DNA of 64,000 nucleotides from Escherichia phage KEP4: sequence record PP047754; one strand, 5' to 3'. Shown piece by piece: positions 38,453 to 48,102 of this stretch (position 1 is its first letter; each line of letters starts with the position of its first letter). The notes under the pieces were generated by a model. It saw only the letters and a program-made list of their open reading frames with translations, ran no database searches and was not told where the DNA came from. The position numbers and the translations under genes were made by a program.

Positions 38453-41194
38453 TTATGCCCCGAGAATACGTTTTGAAATAGCCTTCACAAATCTAGTGGC
38501 ATCTTCAATCGCGTTGTGTGCCGAAGGCTGATATGTTGACATCATGAATTTCACCAAACGATGACATTCAACTCGGTATCGGTTTTTGGCCTTTTGCTTT
38601 TGAGATATAGTGCTAGTGACCTTTATCTCATCAAATCCTTCAGCAGTTAATTTTTCATTCAATAAATCAACAACTTGAGTTAACTGGTTACAGGCGCGGA
38701 AAAATCTCGTAGTTGAGAAAGGCATTTCTATATGATAATGTAATTCCTCAACAGCCTTGCGGAAATAACCGTACCCCGATCCAGACGGATTTCGTTTGGC
38801 CAGCATACGAACAATCTTCCATTCTTCTTCAGTGATTTGTTGTTTCGCATAACTGATGATTGCTTTTGCCCTGTGTTGATGATGGGCATAGCCATCCGTA
38901 ACTTTTCCATGGGAATCAATCAACAGCTTGGCACCATAATCAATGCGATGAGACATGATGTTTATGCCCTTGCGAAGTTTCAGGAGTTTCTTAGATTCAA
39001 GCGCCTGAAATTCATCTTTATAATGCTCAAGCAACATATCAAACACTGCGTCAATGGGGATGAATACTTCTGGGAATTTCTTCATCATCGGAACAGATTT
39101 ACGACGCGCAAGAACGATTGTTGGATGTGCTCCCAGCAAATCAAACAGGTTTTCGTTTCCATTCTCGCCGAACTTCGTTCTTTCCATCGCTTCACGCAAA
39201 TGTCCAGCCGCGGATTGTCGTAAGGTAATACCATGAATTTTATGGATACCTTCTCGGCCAGATACTTCGATATATACGATCTTTTTGCCCGAATCAATAA
39301 TATCTGAAACGGTTTTTCCATCTAATTCATAAACGCTGTCGAAGTTAAATGAATTGTAATGGAAACTAAACATCCCAGGATCTTTTTCAACGGTCGGGCG
39401 AACATATTCCATTTCATGCATGAAATAGACTTCATCCGGATTGAATAAATCGCCAAAAACCTCGATCAGTTTATCGGCAAAGACCAGGTAGTCCGGCGTT
39501 GTTTCTTGTACACCGATCCATGATTCAAAATAAGACTTCAATTCCTCATGGTTGGTAAATGATTCTTTATGTGCCGCCAGCTGATTCCGATTACTGAAAT
39601 AATTTTCATTCGGTTTGACGACGATAACGACATTGAAGTTATTGCGTGCTGTTTGTATCTTCAGGTTTCGAGCACGATTCGAGTTATCAATAATAACAGC
39701 AATTTTTGATTTAGATTTCAACCAATTTCCGACAGAGTTCACATAAATGCTGTCGTGTACTACACCGTTGTCGTGTACTTCAATTTCGTAAGGACTACCA
39801 ATAGACCGGAAAGGTGCATCCAAAGAGTAATCGCGCACGACGTCCGGCGCTCCGATATAACGGAACGTGCCTTTGTAGAAACGGTTATCTGCAGGAAATT
39901 CTCGCTCCACTAATTTACGGAAACCACTACCGAACATATCAGTCAGCTGAGTCTTTTTCATATACAACATAAGAGGACCCATTGACTCCGCTTGGCGAAG
40001 TTCATACATCTTCGCTTGCATGATATTTTCGGCCACATGCTTGAACACGCGGTTCAGGCTTTCACGAGTGAATTCGTCGTATGACAAGTCTTCGCGTGAA
40101 GGCGGTACATTCAGTTCCCCAAGTTCGAAGAAGGTATAGGAACTCGGGAATTTTTCCAGCACGGTGCATATTTCAGAGTCCAATTGGTCGAGATCTATCG
40201 GGTAAGAAACCCCGCCCATGACAGCATAGTGGATGTTGTCGGAATCTGACTTCGGTTGGATATATGTGTTGCCTACACGGTTTTCGAAGTTGATGTCAGA
40301 CCAACGGAAAGCATAACTGGCGTTTTCAACCTTCGGACGCATTGAAGGTCGCATCACTCGACCCAAACGGACCAACTCTTGTTCAAAGGCGGTAAAACGC
40401 TGATTCTTTACAGGAACTTTAACAGTCAGGCCGTTGAACTCATCAGTGTCCTCCGGTTTAGGATCACGGGTATCTAAATCCTTGGTAATGAGATCCACAG
40501 TTGGGATTCTGTCCGCATTCAGATACATCAGGAAGCGATACAGTTTCCCTTCATAGCGACTTTCTACTGTAAATGAATCAGATACCGCAAATGGGGATTT
40601 AGAACCTAGCCCAAACGCCCCTATTTGCCCGTCGTCGTCCTCTTTTGTACTATGGAAGAGTGTTGTATACAAACCAGGACCACGAATGATCTCGCCATCC
40701 TCAGCGCGGAATACCAGTACCCCATTATAATAACCAGGTGTACCAATAACAGCAGTGCTATCAGGGATTTCGTCTTCCTTCACGACGATATTACCTTCAA
40801 CCAGCACTTCATCTTCACGCGCTGTAATAGGCTCGCCGATGATCATTTCTAATGGAAGACCAACCCCATAATCTTTAATTTCCAGCCAGGGTTCCATAAC
40901 ATCCGGTAAATGTACAACAACAGGAGTTCCCTTGGGGGCAAGATGTTTGCTGTATCGTTGAGGCATAGGAGTGAGAGGAGCATAATGCGATGGCATCCAG
41001 CGTTGTTGGCGATCACGCATATTATGTGAGTCTATACCATTACACAACGTCTCACGCAAAGACGCCGCCTCTTTATATTTGTAGAGACTTGAAAATAATG
41101 TTTCAAATAATTTATCCGTCATCTTGACATTGAATGTCTGTCCGACGATGGTAGAAGAAGAGCGCACGAAATGCTCGGACTTGCGCATTTTCAT
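38453..41194 (-). CDS. rIIA: rIIA protein (GHKL-type ATPase domain, 913 aa)
   Basis: Large ORF with GHKL-like glycine motif IGAFGLGSKSPFAV. Confidence 0.75.
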   Translation of the reverse strand: MKMRKSEHFVRSSSTIVGQTFNVKMTDKLFETLFSSLYKYKEAASLRETLCNGIDSHNMRDRQQRWMPSHYAPLTPMPQRYSKHLAPKGTPVVVHLPDVMEPWLEIKDYGVGLPLEMIIGEPITAREDEVLVEGNIVVKEDEIPDSTAVIGTPGYYNGVLVFRAEDGEIIRGPGLYTTLFHSTKEDDDGQIGAFGLGSKSPFAVSDSFTVESRYEGKLYRFLMYLNADRIPTVDLITKDLDTRDPKPEDTDEFNGLTVKVPVKNQRFTAFEQELVRLGRVMRPSMRPKVENASYAFRWSDINFENRVGNTYIQPKSDSDNIHYAVMGGVSYPIDLDQLDSEICTVLEKFPSSYTFFELGELNVPPSREDLSYDEFTRESLNRVFKHVAENIMQAKMYELRQAESMGPLMLYMKKTQLTDMFGSGFRKLVEREFPADNRFYKGTFRYIGAPDVVRDYSLDAPFRSIGSPYEIEVHDNGVVHDSIYVNSVGNWLKSKSKIAVIIDNSNRARNLKIQTARNNFNVVIVVKPNENYFSNRNQLAAHKESFTNHEELKSYFESWIGVQETTPDYLVFADKLIEVFGDLFNPDEVYFMHEMEYVRPTVEKDPGMFSFHYNSFNFDSVYELDGKTVSDIIDSGKKIVYIEVSGREGIHKIHGITLRQSAAGHLREAMERTKFGENGNENLFDLLGAHPTIVLARRKSVPMMKKFPEVFIPIDAVFDMLLEHYKDEFQALESKKLLKLRKGINIMSHRIDYGAKLLIDSHGKVTDGYAHHQHRAKAIISYAKQQITEEEWKIVRMLAKRNPSGSGYGYFRKAVEELHYHIEMPFSTTRFFRACNQLTQVVDLLNEKLTAEGFDEIKVTSTISQKQKAKNRYRVECHRLVKFMMSTYQPSAHNAIEDATRFVKAISKRILGA

Positions 41195-41301
41195 AGTATA
41201 GAATTCCTGTTCAGATCAAAGAAGAACACATTATTGGGTAAGGTTATGATACTGGCGGGTGGTTCAATAGAAAAGCCTCCAATCGGAGGCTTTAATCAGG
41301 A

Positions 41302-41655
41302 TTAACTTCCCTGAACGTTTACAACGGTGGCGTTGAAATTGAATATCGGGTGGGTGGCACCTGGCTCTAACGTCTCTTCCAGATAACCCACAATATTGCG
41401 TGTCACAGATTTCGGCTCTGCGCGGGAAGGCTTCGTTGCGCCGAGGTCAATAATGCTCGAAGTGACTTGTTCAACCTGAGTGTGATTGACAACAAAATGA
41501 TAACGACTACCGAAGGCCGCAACTTCAACTTCTGTTATTTCTAAACCACTCAATTCAGAGCTGTTCAACTGCTTCACATTCAATTGAGAGCGGAGGTGCT
41601 CTACAATATTGCTGTAAACATATTGTGGTGTGATCAGCTGTTCAATAGAACTCAT
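41302..41655 (-). CDS. hypothetical protein (117 aa)
   Basis: ORF followed by hairpin at 41265-41286. Confidence 0.5.
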   Translation of the reverse strand: MSSIEQLITPQYVYSNIVEHLRSQLNVKQLNSSELSGLEITEVEVAAFGSRYHFVVNHTQVEQVTSSIIDLGATKPSRAEPKSVTRNIVGYLEETLEPGATHPIFNFNATVVNVQGS

Positions 41656-41664
41656 GACATATCC

Positions 41665-41958
41665 TCATTTCTTTGGGGGTTTATTGTTACTTAAACGGAT
41701 CACCTCTGCTCGAAGGAAGAGGATTTCATCGGCCATCATTTTACCTTCTTGAAACATAACATGACATCGTGATGATCTGGGTTCACCTTCCGATAATGCG
41801 TGAAGGCGATATTCGGGGATGACATCATTTACGGCGTTTCTTTTTGTTCTTTCCATGGGTCTTGGCCTTTTTAGGACGACTGACGGAAGGACGAGCATGC
41901 CCAGGTTCCCCAGGGGTACACCCTTGTGCATAACGATGATCATCCCAGAGACGACCAT
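41665..41958 (-). CDS. hypothetical protein (overlaps alternative ORF 41825..42052)
   Basis: Two overlapping minus ORFs; cannot decide which is expressed. Confidence 0.3.
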   Translation of the reverse strand: MVVSGMIIVMHKGVPLGNLGMLVLPSVVLKRPRPMERTKRNAVNDVIPEYRLHALSEGEPRSSRCHVMFQEGKMMADEILFLRAEVIRLSNNKPPKK

Positions 41959-42023
41959 TATGCGTCATATCTTCAGCCATGGCGGACAAAGCAAGGGTTG
42001 CTACAGCCGCAGCAGATAATGGT

Positions 42024-42470
42024 TTAGACATTTGTTTCTCCTTTTGCTGCATACGACAGAGCTTTTACGATCATAACAGCCAAACCGATAGGATCGTATG
42101 CATTGTCGAATTCTTGTTCTATGTTCTGACGAATTTCATCAGAAGATTGTACTTCAGAGCAGTTCTTACTCTGTCTGCGTTGCTCTTGCTCGACTAGATC
42201 TTTGAACAGAAGGTCTTTGAAAGAATACTCATCGAAGTTTTCAAGATACCGTTGGATGCTTGGTTGTTTTACATCCATCGTTTGACGCAAATTGCTAATA
42301 GTTGAACTTGCCTGTTCGCGGTGTTTGTTCATAACAGCAAAGTTAACGGGCTTGCCCCAAGCATTCATCACTGGATTAGAGCATACTTGGCCAAAGAGAT
42401 CTTGGAAGGCATCATCCATGTGGATCAACGCAGTGGCCAATTCCTCATAAGTCGGTTTTTGAGTAGTCAT
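42024..42470 (-). CDS. hypothetical protein (148 aa)
   Basis: ORF. Confidence 0.5.
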   Translation of the reverse strand: MTTQKPTYEELATALIHMDDAFQDLFGQVCSNPVMNAWGKPVNFAVMNKHREQASSTISNLRQTMDVKQPSIQRYLENFDEYSFKDLLFKDLVEQEQRRQSKNCSEVQSSDEIRQNIEQEFDNAYDPIGLAVMIVKALSYAAKGETNV

Positions 42471-42850
42471 TTTCGTTTACTCCGATTTTTATATTTCTTA
42501 GCCTGACGTTTATGTTGGGCGGCTCCATATAGGCGCGGCGGCTTTTGATAACGTTGTGACGCAATTATGTCTCTGTCATCGGCTTCTGCTTCACAATACG
42601 AAATATCTGCCTTCCGTAACTGAGCCACCGCTTGAGATACCAATGTTTTGCGTTCACTTTCTACCAGATCATCACAAATTATCATGCGTTCACCTGGTTC
42701 ACAACGACGTTTAGGAATATCGTCTACACTGATACATTCTACTTCAACACCTTTCAACTTTTCTTGAAGGATAATGGCCATAGTCCGAGCGCCGATTCCT
42801 CCTCCAATAATCGCTATCTTTCTTGGCTTGTCTGTCATGTTCTTGTCCAT
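42467..42850 (-). CDS. small Rossmann-like protein
   Basis: IAIIGGGIGA dinucleotide-binding motif; start trimmed to ATG 42850. Confidence 0.45.
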   Translation of the reverse strand: MDKNMTDKPRKIAIIGGGIGARTMAIILQEKLKGVEVECISVDDIPKRRCEPGERMIICDDLVESERKTLVSQAVAQLRKADISYCEAEADDRDIIASQRYQKPPRLYGAAQHKRQAKKYKNRSKRK

Positions 42851-42883
42851 GAAAAGGGGATAGAGCAATAATACCCTATCCCC
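42851..42883 (-). terminator. terminator-like hairpin
   Basis: GGGGATAG..CTATCCCC stem, TTTTC on minus side. Confidence 0.5.
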
Positions 42884-42899
42884 ATTTATTGAAGAATTA

Positions 42900-43325
42900 T
42901 TAGTCTTCCGAACCTACAACCCCACCACGCAGATCCTGTGCTGGCTTACCATCAGGTGCCATGACATAGATGGTATTGATGGTCTCAAACCAAGACAATA
43001 AATCAACTCCTTCAGTGTATGGCGTTACCGGAACAGAAGTTTTGATTTCTTTCTGTTCATCCTTCAAATCCGGATGACTTCCCGATAGGGTTAACCAAGC
43101 GAATCTTCCGTTGGGATAAATAATGCCTTCTTTGAACATTACAATCTTTTTGCGAGGATTATTGGCTTCGCCCAGACACACCACCAAATGATGTATCATT
43201 TCGGGGCGCGTCAACAACGTGTCATCTTTGATAATGCCCTGCTTGACAGCAGAGATTACCACTTCATCCAGTAACGCCTGTTGCTGTTCCAGCGTCAGAG
43301 ATTCGGTTAGTTTCACGCTCATAAG
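42900..43325 (-). CDS. hypothetical protein
   Basis: Start trimmed to avoid overlap with LemA-like gene. Confidence 0.45.
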   Translation of the reverse strand, partial: LMSVKLTESLTLEQQQALLDEVVISAVKQGIIKDDTLLTRPEMIHHLVVCLGEANNPRKKIVMFKEGIIYPNGRFAWLTLSGSHPDLKDEQKEIKTSVPVTPYTEGVDLLSWFETINTIYVMAPDGKPAQDLRGGVVGSED

Positions 43326-43326
43326 A

Positions 43327-43896
43327 TCAGCCTTTGAAGTTAATCGGAGTCTGGACACCAGAGTCAAATGCGGCCTGGGTACGGGTGTCACTCACCACCT
43401 GACATGTCTTGTCAAGATCGATACGCGGATATCCAAAGATTCCTGCTATCAGAGAACCAGGGAACTGGCCAAGTTTAGTTTCATAGATCGCACATGCGTC
43501 CAATTTTTTAGTTTGGCTAATGCGGAATTCATCCCGACCTGAGCTGATAACAACCTGAATCTCTTTGTACAAAGATGAATCAAACTGAATATTCTGTTCC
43601 TGAATCCATTGCATTACTGCTTTGGAACCGTCTGCACCATAACGGCCTTGGAAAGTATCTTTGATCACTTCCTTCAAACCGTTTTTGTACATGTCAGGAA
43701 TCTGCGCCGTCTCCTGAACTTTGAGCGTGTAGTTGCTCAGGTGGTTTTCAGAATCTTTGTTGAACTTTTTGACCTGTTGTTCAATGCGGTTGAAATCATT
43801 GAAATAGCTAACCACACTGCCAATCCCAATTACAGCAAATGCTAGAATTGCCAACCCAACGATCCAACCAATTGAAATACCTTTACGTTGTGACAT
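43327..43896 (-). CDS. LemA-family membrane protein
   Basis: N-terminal TM helix then helical LemA-like domain; 189 aa. Confidence 0.55.
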   Translation of the reverse strand: MSQRKGISIGWIVGLAILAFAVIGIGSVVSYFNDFNRIEQQVKKFNKDSENHLSNYTLKVQETAQIPDMYKNGLKEVIKDTFQGRYGADGSKAVMQWIQEQNIQFDSSLYKEIQVVISSGRDEFRISQTKKLDACAIYETKLGQFPGSLIAGIFGYPRIDLDKTCQVVSDTRTQAAFDSGVQTPINFKG

Positions 43897-43911
43897 CTTT
43901 ACTTCCTCTTG

Positions 43912-45021
43912 TTAAAACAAACGTTTGTAAGTGCGACCATTGTACTGCATGCGGCCTAATATGAAAACTGCGGTAAATGGGATACATCCAAACAACACGA
44001 CGATAATCACTTCCCAAGTTTTAAGATCTCGCCATTTCAGATATTCCATTTCCTTCATCTCGACTCGGTTGTATCCCTTACTGATATTGACCGCAACTTC
44101 TTGGAACACGGATATGCCCATTGGTTTCCCAGTCAATGAAAGTCCGTTACGAGAATGGAGTTCCATGTTGTTCATGCCGTCGGCAAATGACGTAGACTTA
44201 CCCCAATTAATTTTCATATCCTTTGAAATATCGGTGACTACAATAACATCGTTCTTTTTACCGCCAGACCATGCATATAGAAGTCCCTGAAAATATTCAA
44301 CAGGCTGGCCAGAAGTCACAACCCAAACGATATTAACCTGACGTGAAGCACCTAATGTTTTCAGAGTATTGTTCAGATAATCATTCCAGTAATCAACAGG
44401 AATGTCCATCCCTGACATATTCAGAACACGAGTTACTCGGTAATAATCATACACCCTCGGATATGAAGGGATATGCTCTTTGAACTTCTCGGCGAATTGC
44501 TGGTCAGATTTAGAGAATAATGAATCTTTGTTGCCCAGCACATAATTCATATATGAATGTTCACGTGCCGCAGGTTCCCCGATTTTAACTTGTGCCCAAC
44601 GCGGAGGCTCTGTAGTACCCTGACGATCAATACGGTCAATGCTCAGATCACCGACGGTTGTTAATACGTCCCAATCAACGTCATAAGAGTGCTCATAGCA
44701 TGTGCTGCAATGACGCGTTTGTGTACAAGATCGGTTATTTCCTGAACCAGAGCAAGATGTTGTGTAATAACACATACATTCATAAGAATGTTCACAACCC
44801 ACCTTATTCCGTTGCTTATCAGTTACATATCCATTCAGGATTTCCACGTCCCCAGAACTACCAAGGGAGAAAGCAGCATATAATCCCGACTGGATAAGGC
44901 AAGACAATACGATAACAATGGCCGTGGCGATCAAAGTCTCCTTTGGCTCATGGGTCTTGCGGTGATATATTATAAACAAGATGGCCAAAATTACAGGAAC
45001 CACAAACAGAAGGTAAATCAT
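43912..45021 (-). CDS. membrane protein with N- and C-terminal TM helices and Cys-rich core (369 aa)
   Basis: TM at both ends; CEHSYECMCYY..SC..C cluster. Confidence 0.55.
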   Translation of the reverse strand: MIYLLFVVPVILAILFIIYHRKTHEPKETLIATAIVIVLSCLIQSGLYAAFSLGSSGDVEILNGYVTDKQRNKVGCEHSYECMCYYTTSCSGSGNNRSCTQTRHCSTCYEHSYDVDWDVLTTVGDLSIDRIDRQGTTEPPRWAQVKIGEPAAREHSYMNYVLGNKDSLFSKSDQQFAEKFKEHIPSYPRVYDYYRVTRVLNMSGMDIPVDYWNDYLNNTLKTLGASRQVNIVWVVTSGQPVEYFQGLLYAWSGGKKNDVIVVTDISKDMKINWGKSTSFADGMNNMELHSRNGLSLTGKPMGISVFQEVAVNISKGYNRVEMKEMEYLKWRDLKTWEVIIVVLFGCIPFTAVFILGRMQYNGRTYKRLF

Positions 45022-45404
45022 AACACACCATCCACGAGTTGTTCCTTCGTCATACCAAGAAGTTGATTTTTATGCTCAGATTTAGCCCCATTTTTCAACA
45101 ACAGATCCCAACGTTCTTCATGATACTGTGGAGTCATTGCATCGTCAAAAGAAACATGGTGGCGATGCATAATTGTTGCAACGGTATGAAGAACGATTGC
45201 TGTTTCTCTTTTTAAAGCACGTGTATCCGTGATGTGGTCTTCGTATTCGATTCCCATCAAATCGAGTTCTTTTCGGATATATGCTATAGACAAATCACCT
45301 TCAGAATGCAATTTAACAATAGTCGCTTTCTTAGGATGTAACACGCCGTCTGTTTCTTTCATGAACAGATCGTACAAATATTGTTTGTATTCGGGGCGCT
45401 TCAT
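45018..45404 (-). CDS. hypothetical protein (128 aa)
   Basis: ORF. Confidence 0.45.
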   Translation of the reverse strand: MKRPEYKQYLYDLFMKETDGVLHPKKATIVKLHSEGDLSIAYIRKELDLMGIEYEDHITDTRALKRETAIVLHTVATIMHRHHVSFDDAMTPQYHEERWDLLLKNGAKSEHKNQLLGMTKEQLVDGVL

Positions 45405-45622
45405 CTCGTAATCCCTCCGGCACAGATGATATTCAGTTCACCGCGACGGAAACCGCCTTGCCCACCGTTCAATTTAGTCGGAAGCGTATCTTGAACTTTT
45501 TGTGCGAACTCTTCCGACACTACCAGATGACCCTTTTCTTGTTTCGGGGTAGATTCAAAATAGTCGCCAAATGTCGCTTCCATATCGAGCACAGACATGT
45601 CTTCAATTCGTTGCATTGCCAT
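45401..45622 (-). CDS. hypothetical small protein
   Basis: ORF. Confidence 0.35.
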   Translation of the reverse strand: MAMQRIEDMSVLDMEATFGDYFESTPKQEKGHLVVSEEFAQKVQDTLPTKLNGGQGGFRRGELNIICAGGITR

Positions 45623-45633
45623 GATATAGGACC

Positions 45634-45825
45634 TCAGTATAATTTCGTATAAACTTGTTTAACGCCAATATCGGCAGGAGCTGTGCTCTGCTGCATATTA
45701 TAGAATGCCAAATCTGCTTGTTCTTTGTTTTCAAAATCAACTACAACTGTGTGTACTGATATTGCTTCACCCTGTCCATAAGCATAACAACGGCTGGTGA
45801 CCAATATTTTGTATTGAGGTGTCAT
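45634..45825 (-). CDS. hypothetical small protein
   Basis: ORF. Confidence 0.35.
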   Translation of the reverse strand: MTPQYKILVTSRCYAYGQGEAISVHTVVVDFENKEQADLAFYNMQQSTAPADIGVKQVYTKLY

Positions 45826-45840
45826 AAATCAATCCTTGCA

Positions 45841-45878
45841 AAAAGAAAGGGGAACGGGCTAATAATAACCCATTCCCC
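45841..45878 (-). terminator. terminator-like hairpin
   Basis: GGGGAA..TTCCCC stem with flanking T-runs. Confidence 0.4.
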
Positions 45879-45906
45879 TTTATTGAAGAACGCAATCGCA
45901 ATCAGA

Positions 45907-46074
45907 TTACTTTTTCTTCAGCTCGTCCAGTTTGGCTTCGATTTGTTCCAGGATGTCTTTACCCTTCTGAACAATCACTTCACCGTCTTGCGCGTGTTTA
46001 CGAAAGACCAGAGCGCCAGCTACGAAGCCGACAACAACGCCAGGAAGCGCGTACACCAACAGATCTTGTAACAT
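45907..46074 (-). CDS. small single-TM membrane protein (55 aa)
   Basis: Translated by hand (MLQDLLVYALPGVVVGFVAGALVF..); GAGGA RBS; below ORF-track size cutoff. Confidence 0.4.
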   Translation of the reverse strand: MLQDLLVYALPGVVVGFVAGALVFRKHAQDGEVIVQKGKDILEQIEAKLDELKKK

Positions 46075-46110
46075 GATAATATCCTCACTTTATAGGTGAG
46101 GATATTTATA

Positions 46111-47346
46111 TCAGCGCTTCAACAAAGACATGAGGTTTACACTGGTCGACTTCGGATTGTCCTCTATCTTTCGGACGGGCATTTTCAGATTAGTGTAAAC
46201 CTCAGATGGTTCCCAACGCGTACCCTGCTGTAAATGCCATATATGTAGAGGAACACCCGTCTCAAAGAACACAGGCATCTTCCACTTCTGGACGCCAGGA
46301 ACGTGCCCTGCAGGAGCTTTTTCGCACAACAGGGTATCTGGTAGCCAGAGTGAACGGGCTTCCCATAATGCCTTACAGGAGTATTCAGGCCAAATACGTT
46401 CCATATAATCGATCTCGTCCCATGTACGCTCGGCGTCCCACCCGATGTAACGGGTATTCTTCAGTCGGAAGAATTTCTTCAGCCAACAAGCACCGGAGGT
46501 CTCAAAGTTCAGACGATTGATAAACGTGATGTGGCCAAACTCTTCAACGCATTCCTGAAACGCTTTCTCAAGGTCGGTTTCGAGTATATCACATTCTTCG
46601 TCTGTAATAGGACAACCGTTGATCTTTTTCTTCCCGTGCTTGGTCACCCAGTCGTCACGGTTTGACAAGAATGCCGCGCCGTTGCGGTTGGACTCGCTGC
46701 CATCGCGGTCACGCAGCATGAACCCAGGGACGTCGATCTCCCACATGTTGCCGAATACCATGTTCAGGGCTTCCAGGAAGTTCCAGGCGCTCAGGCGGCC
46801 AAAGTATTTCCAGGACATCGCCGTGTCCCACAGATTCGTGAATTGGTGGACAGGGATATCCAATTCAAGCATCGGTCGGAATGCTTCCATCTGAGTACGC
46901 CCAGCCAGCCAATCAATGTAGGACTGAACACACGGGATCATCTTCGACTTACGGTAACGGCAATCGGTATCGAAGCGCATACGCTCAAAGTTCAGGTTGT
47001 ACCAATCAGAAAAGCGCTGCATCTCTTCTTTGGACTGAGGAGGCACAGGGAACTCACTGTAGATTGTCCATGGACCGATGGCGTTATAACAGCAGCCCCA
47101 AAGGAACGACATCCAGATCTTGCGCTCGATCTTCTCAAGCTGTGTGATGCCTTCAGTGACTTCGATCGCATAGTCCATCAGACGCATCTGCTGGTTGTGC
47201 TCTTCGGTGTAGGACAGCGCCTCCACCCAAGCCTTGAGCAGGTACATCCGATTCTCAGGCTTGCGATAGTCAACAGCCAGGTCAATCGGGTACTTCCATT
47301 CAGCCGGGGGCGCATAGCCAGTCGGCATTTTAGAAATGTTATTCAT
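46111..47346 (-). CDS. hypothetical protein (411 aa)
   Basis: Large ORF, no motif recognised. Confidence 0.55.
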   Translation of the reverse strand: MNNISKMPTGYAPPAEWKYPIDLAVDYRKPENRMYLLKAWVEALSYTEEHNQQMRLMDYAIEVTEGITQLEKIERKIWMSFLWGCCYNAIGPWTIYSEFPVPPQSKEEMQRFSDWYNLNFERMRFDTDCRYRKSKMIPCVQSYIDWLAGRTQMEAFRPMLELDIPVHQFTNLWDTAMSWKYFGRLSAWNFLEALNMVFGNMWEIDVPGFMLRDRDGSESNRNGAAFLSNRDDWVTKHGKKKINGCPITDEECDILETDLEKAFQECVEEFGHITFINRLNFETSGACWLKKFFRLKNTRYIGWDAERTWDEIDYMERIWPEYSCKALWEARSLWLPDTLLCEKAPAGHVPGVQKWKMPVFFETGVPLHIWHLQQGTRWEPSEVYTNLKMPVRKIEDNPKSTSVNLMSLLKR

Positions 47347-47528
47347 CCGATTTTACTCCCGAGTTCAACACGGAACGCCAGATAGAAGAAAGTGGCGATA
47401 GATACAGGACATATCACCAAGAATGGGCGCTGTTGCACCCCTTCTGTGACCATGACGCCGACCAGCGAAACCGTAAAGATAACGAACATCAACATCATGA
47501 AGATAAAATCAACCTGCTTGATTTTCAT
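47343..47528 (-). CDS. small membrane protein (61 aa)
   Basis: Hydrophobic throughout. Confidence 0.4.
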   Translation of the reverse strand: MKIKQVDFIFMMLMFVIFTVSLVGVMVTEGVQQRPFLVICPVSIATFFYLAFRVELGSKIG

Positions 47529-47895
47529 CTTTCACTTCCTCTACAGGAGAAACAACTTCAGGCTCAGCTTCGGGAGCCAGCTGAATTTCTTCGGGGCTTA
47601 CTACGGGCTGTCCCAGAGACCAGATAGGCAGGAAACGACGATCATTCGTCACCAACCAAATTTGCTTGGCGGTTTTCGTCTTTTCGGAAATAAAATGCTG
47701 GGCATTGACTTGGGTACGAGCCAAACCCACCTGACGCCAAGAACCGAAATCCTTAGAAGAAGGATTGGTATTCAGTTGAAATTGTGGGACGATTTTATTC
47801 TGTTCCGGATAGTAACGGACAGCGTTAATCATCTTCGCATCACCACGGTAATCAATAGCAACAGCGACAACGTTGCGTGGAATGAGGATTTTCAT
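47509..47895 (-). CDS. hypothetical protein (128 aa)
   Basis: ORF. Confidence 0.45.
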   Translation of the reverse strand: MKILIPRNVVAVAIDYRGDAKMINAVRYYPEQNKIVPQFQLNTNPSSKDFGSWRQVGLARTQVNAQHFISEKTKTAKQIWLVTNDRRFLPIWSLGQPVVSPEEIQLAPEAEPEVVSPVEEVKDENQAG

Positions 47896-47896
47896 T

Positions 47897-48100
47897 TTAA
47901 TTCCTTTTGAAACTCTGAATTATGTTATAGACGAAAGGCGTTAATAAGATAGCACCCCCCAAATAATATAACGCGTAAACGTTCAATATTTCGGTTGAAT
48001 CCAACTCAACGATGCCCAAATATTTCATGACACCGACGAGCACAGCTGTGATACACATCACCAATCCGACGAACACAAAATATTTAGACATCTGTTTCAT
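47897..48100 (-). CDS. small membrane protein (67 aa)
   Basis: Two hydrophobic helices. Confidence 0.4.
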   Translation of the reverse strand: MKQMSKYFVFVGLVMCITAVLVGVMKYLGIVELDSTEILNVYALYYLGGAILLTPFVYNIIQSFKRN

Positions 48101-48102
48101 TT

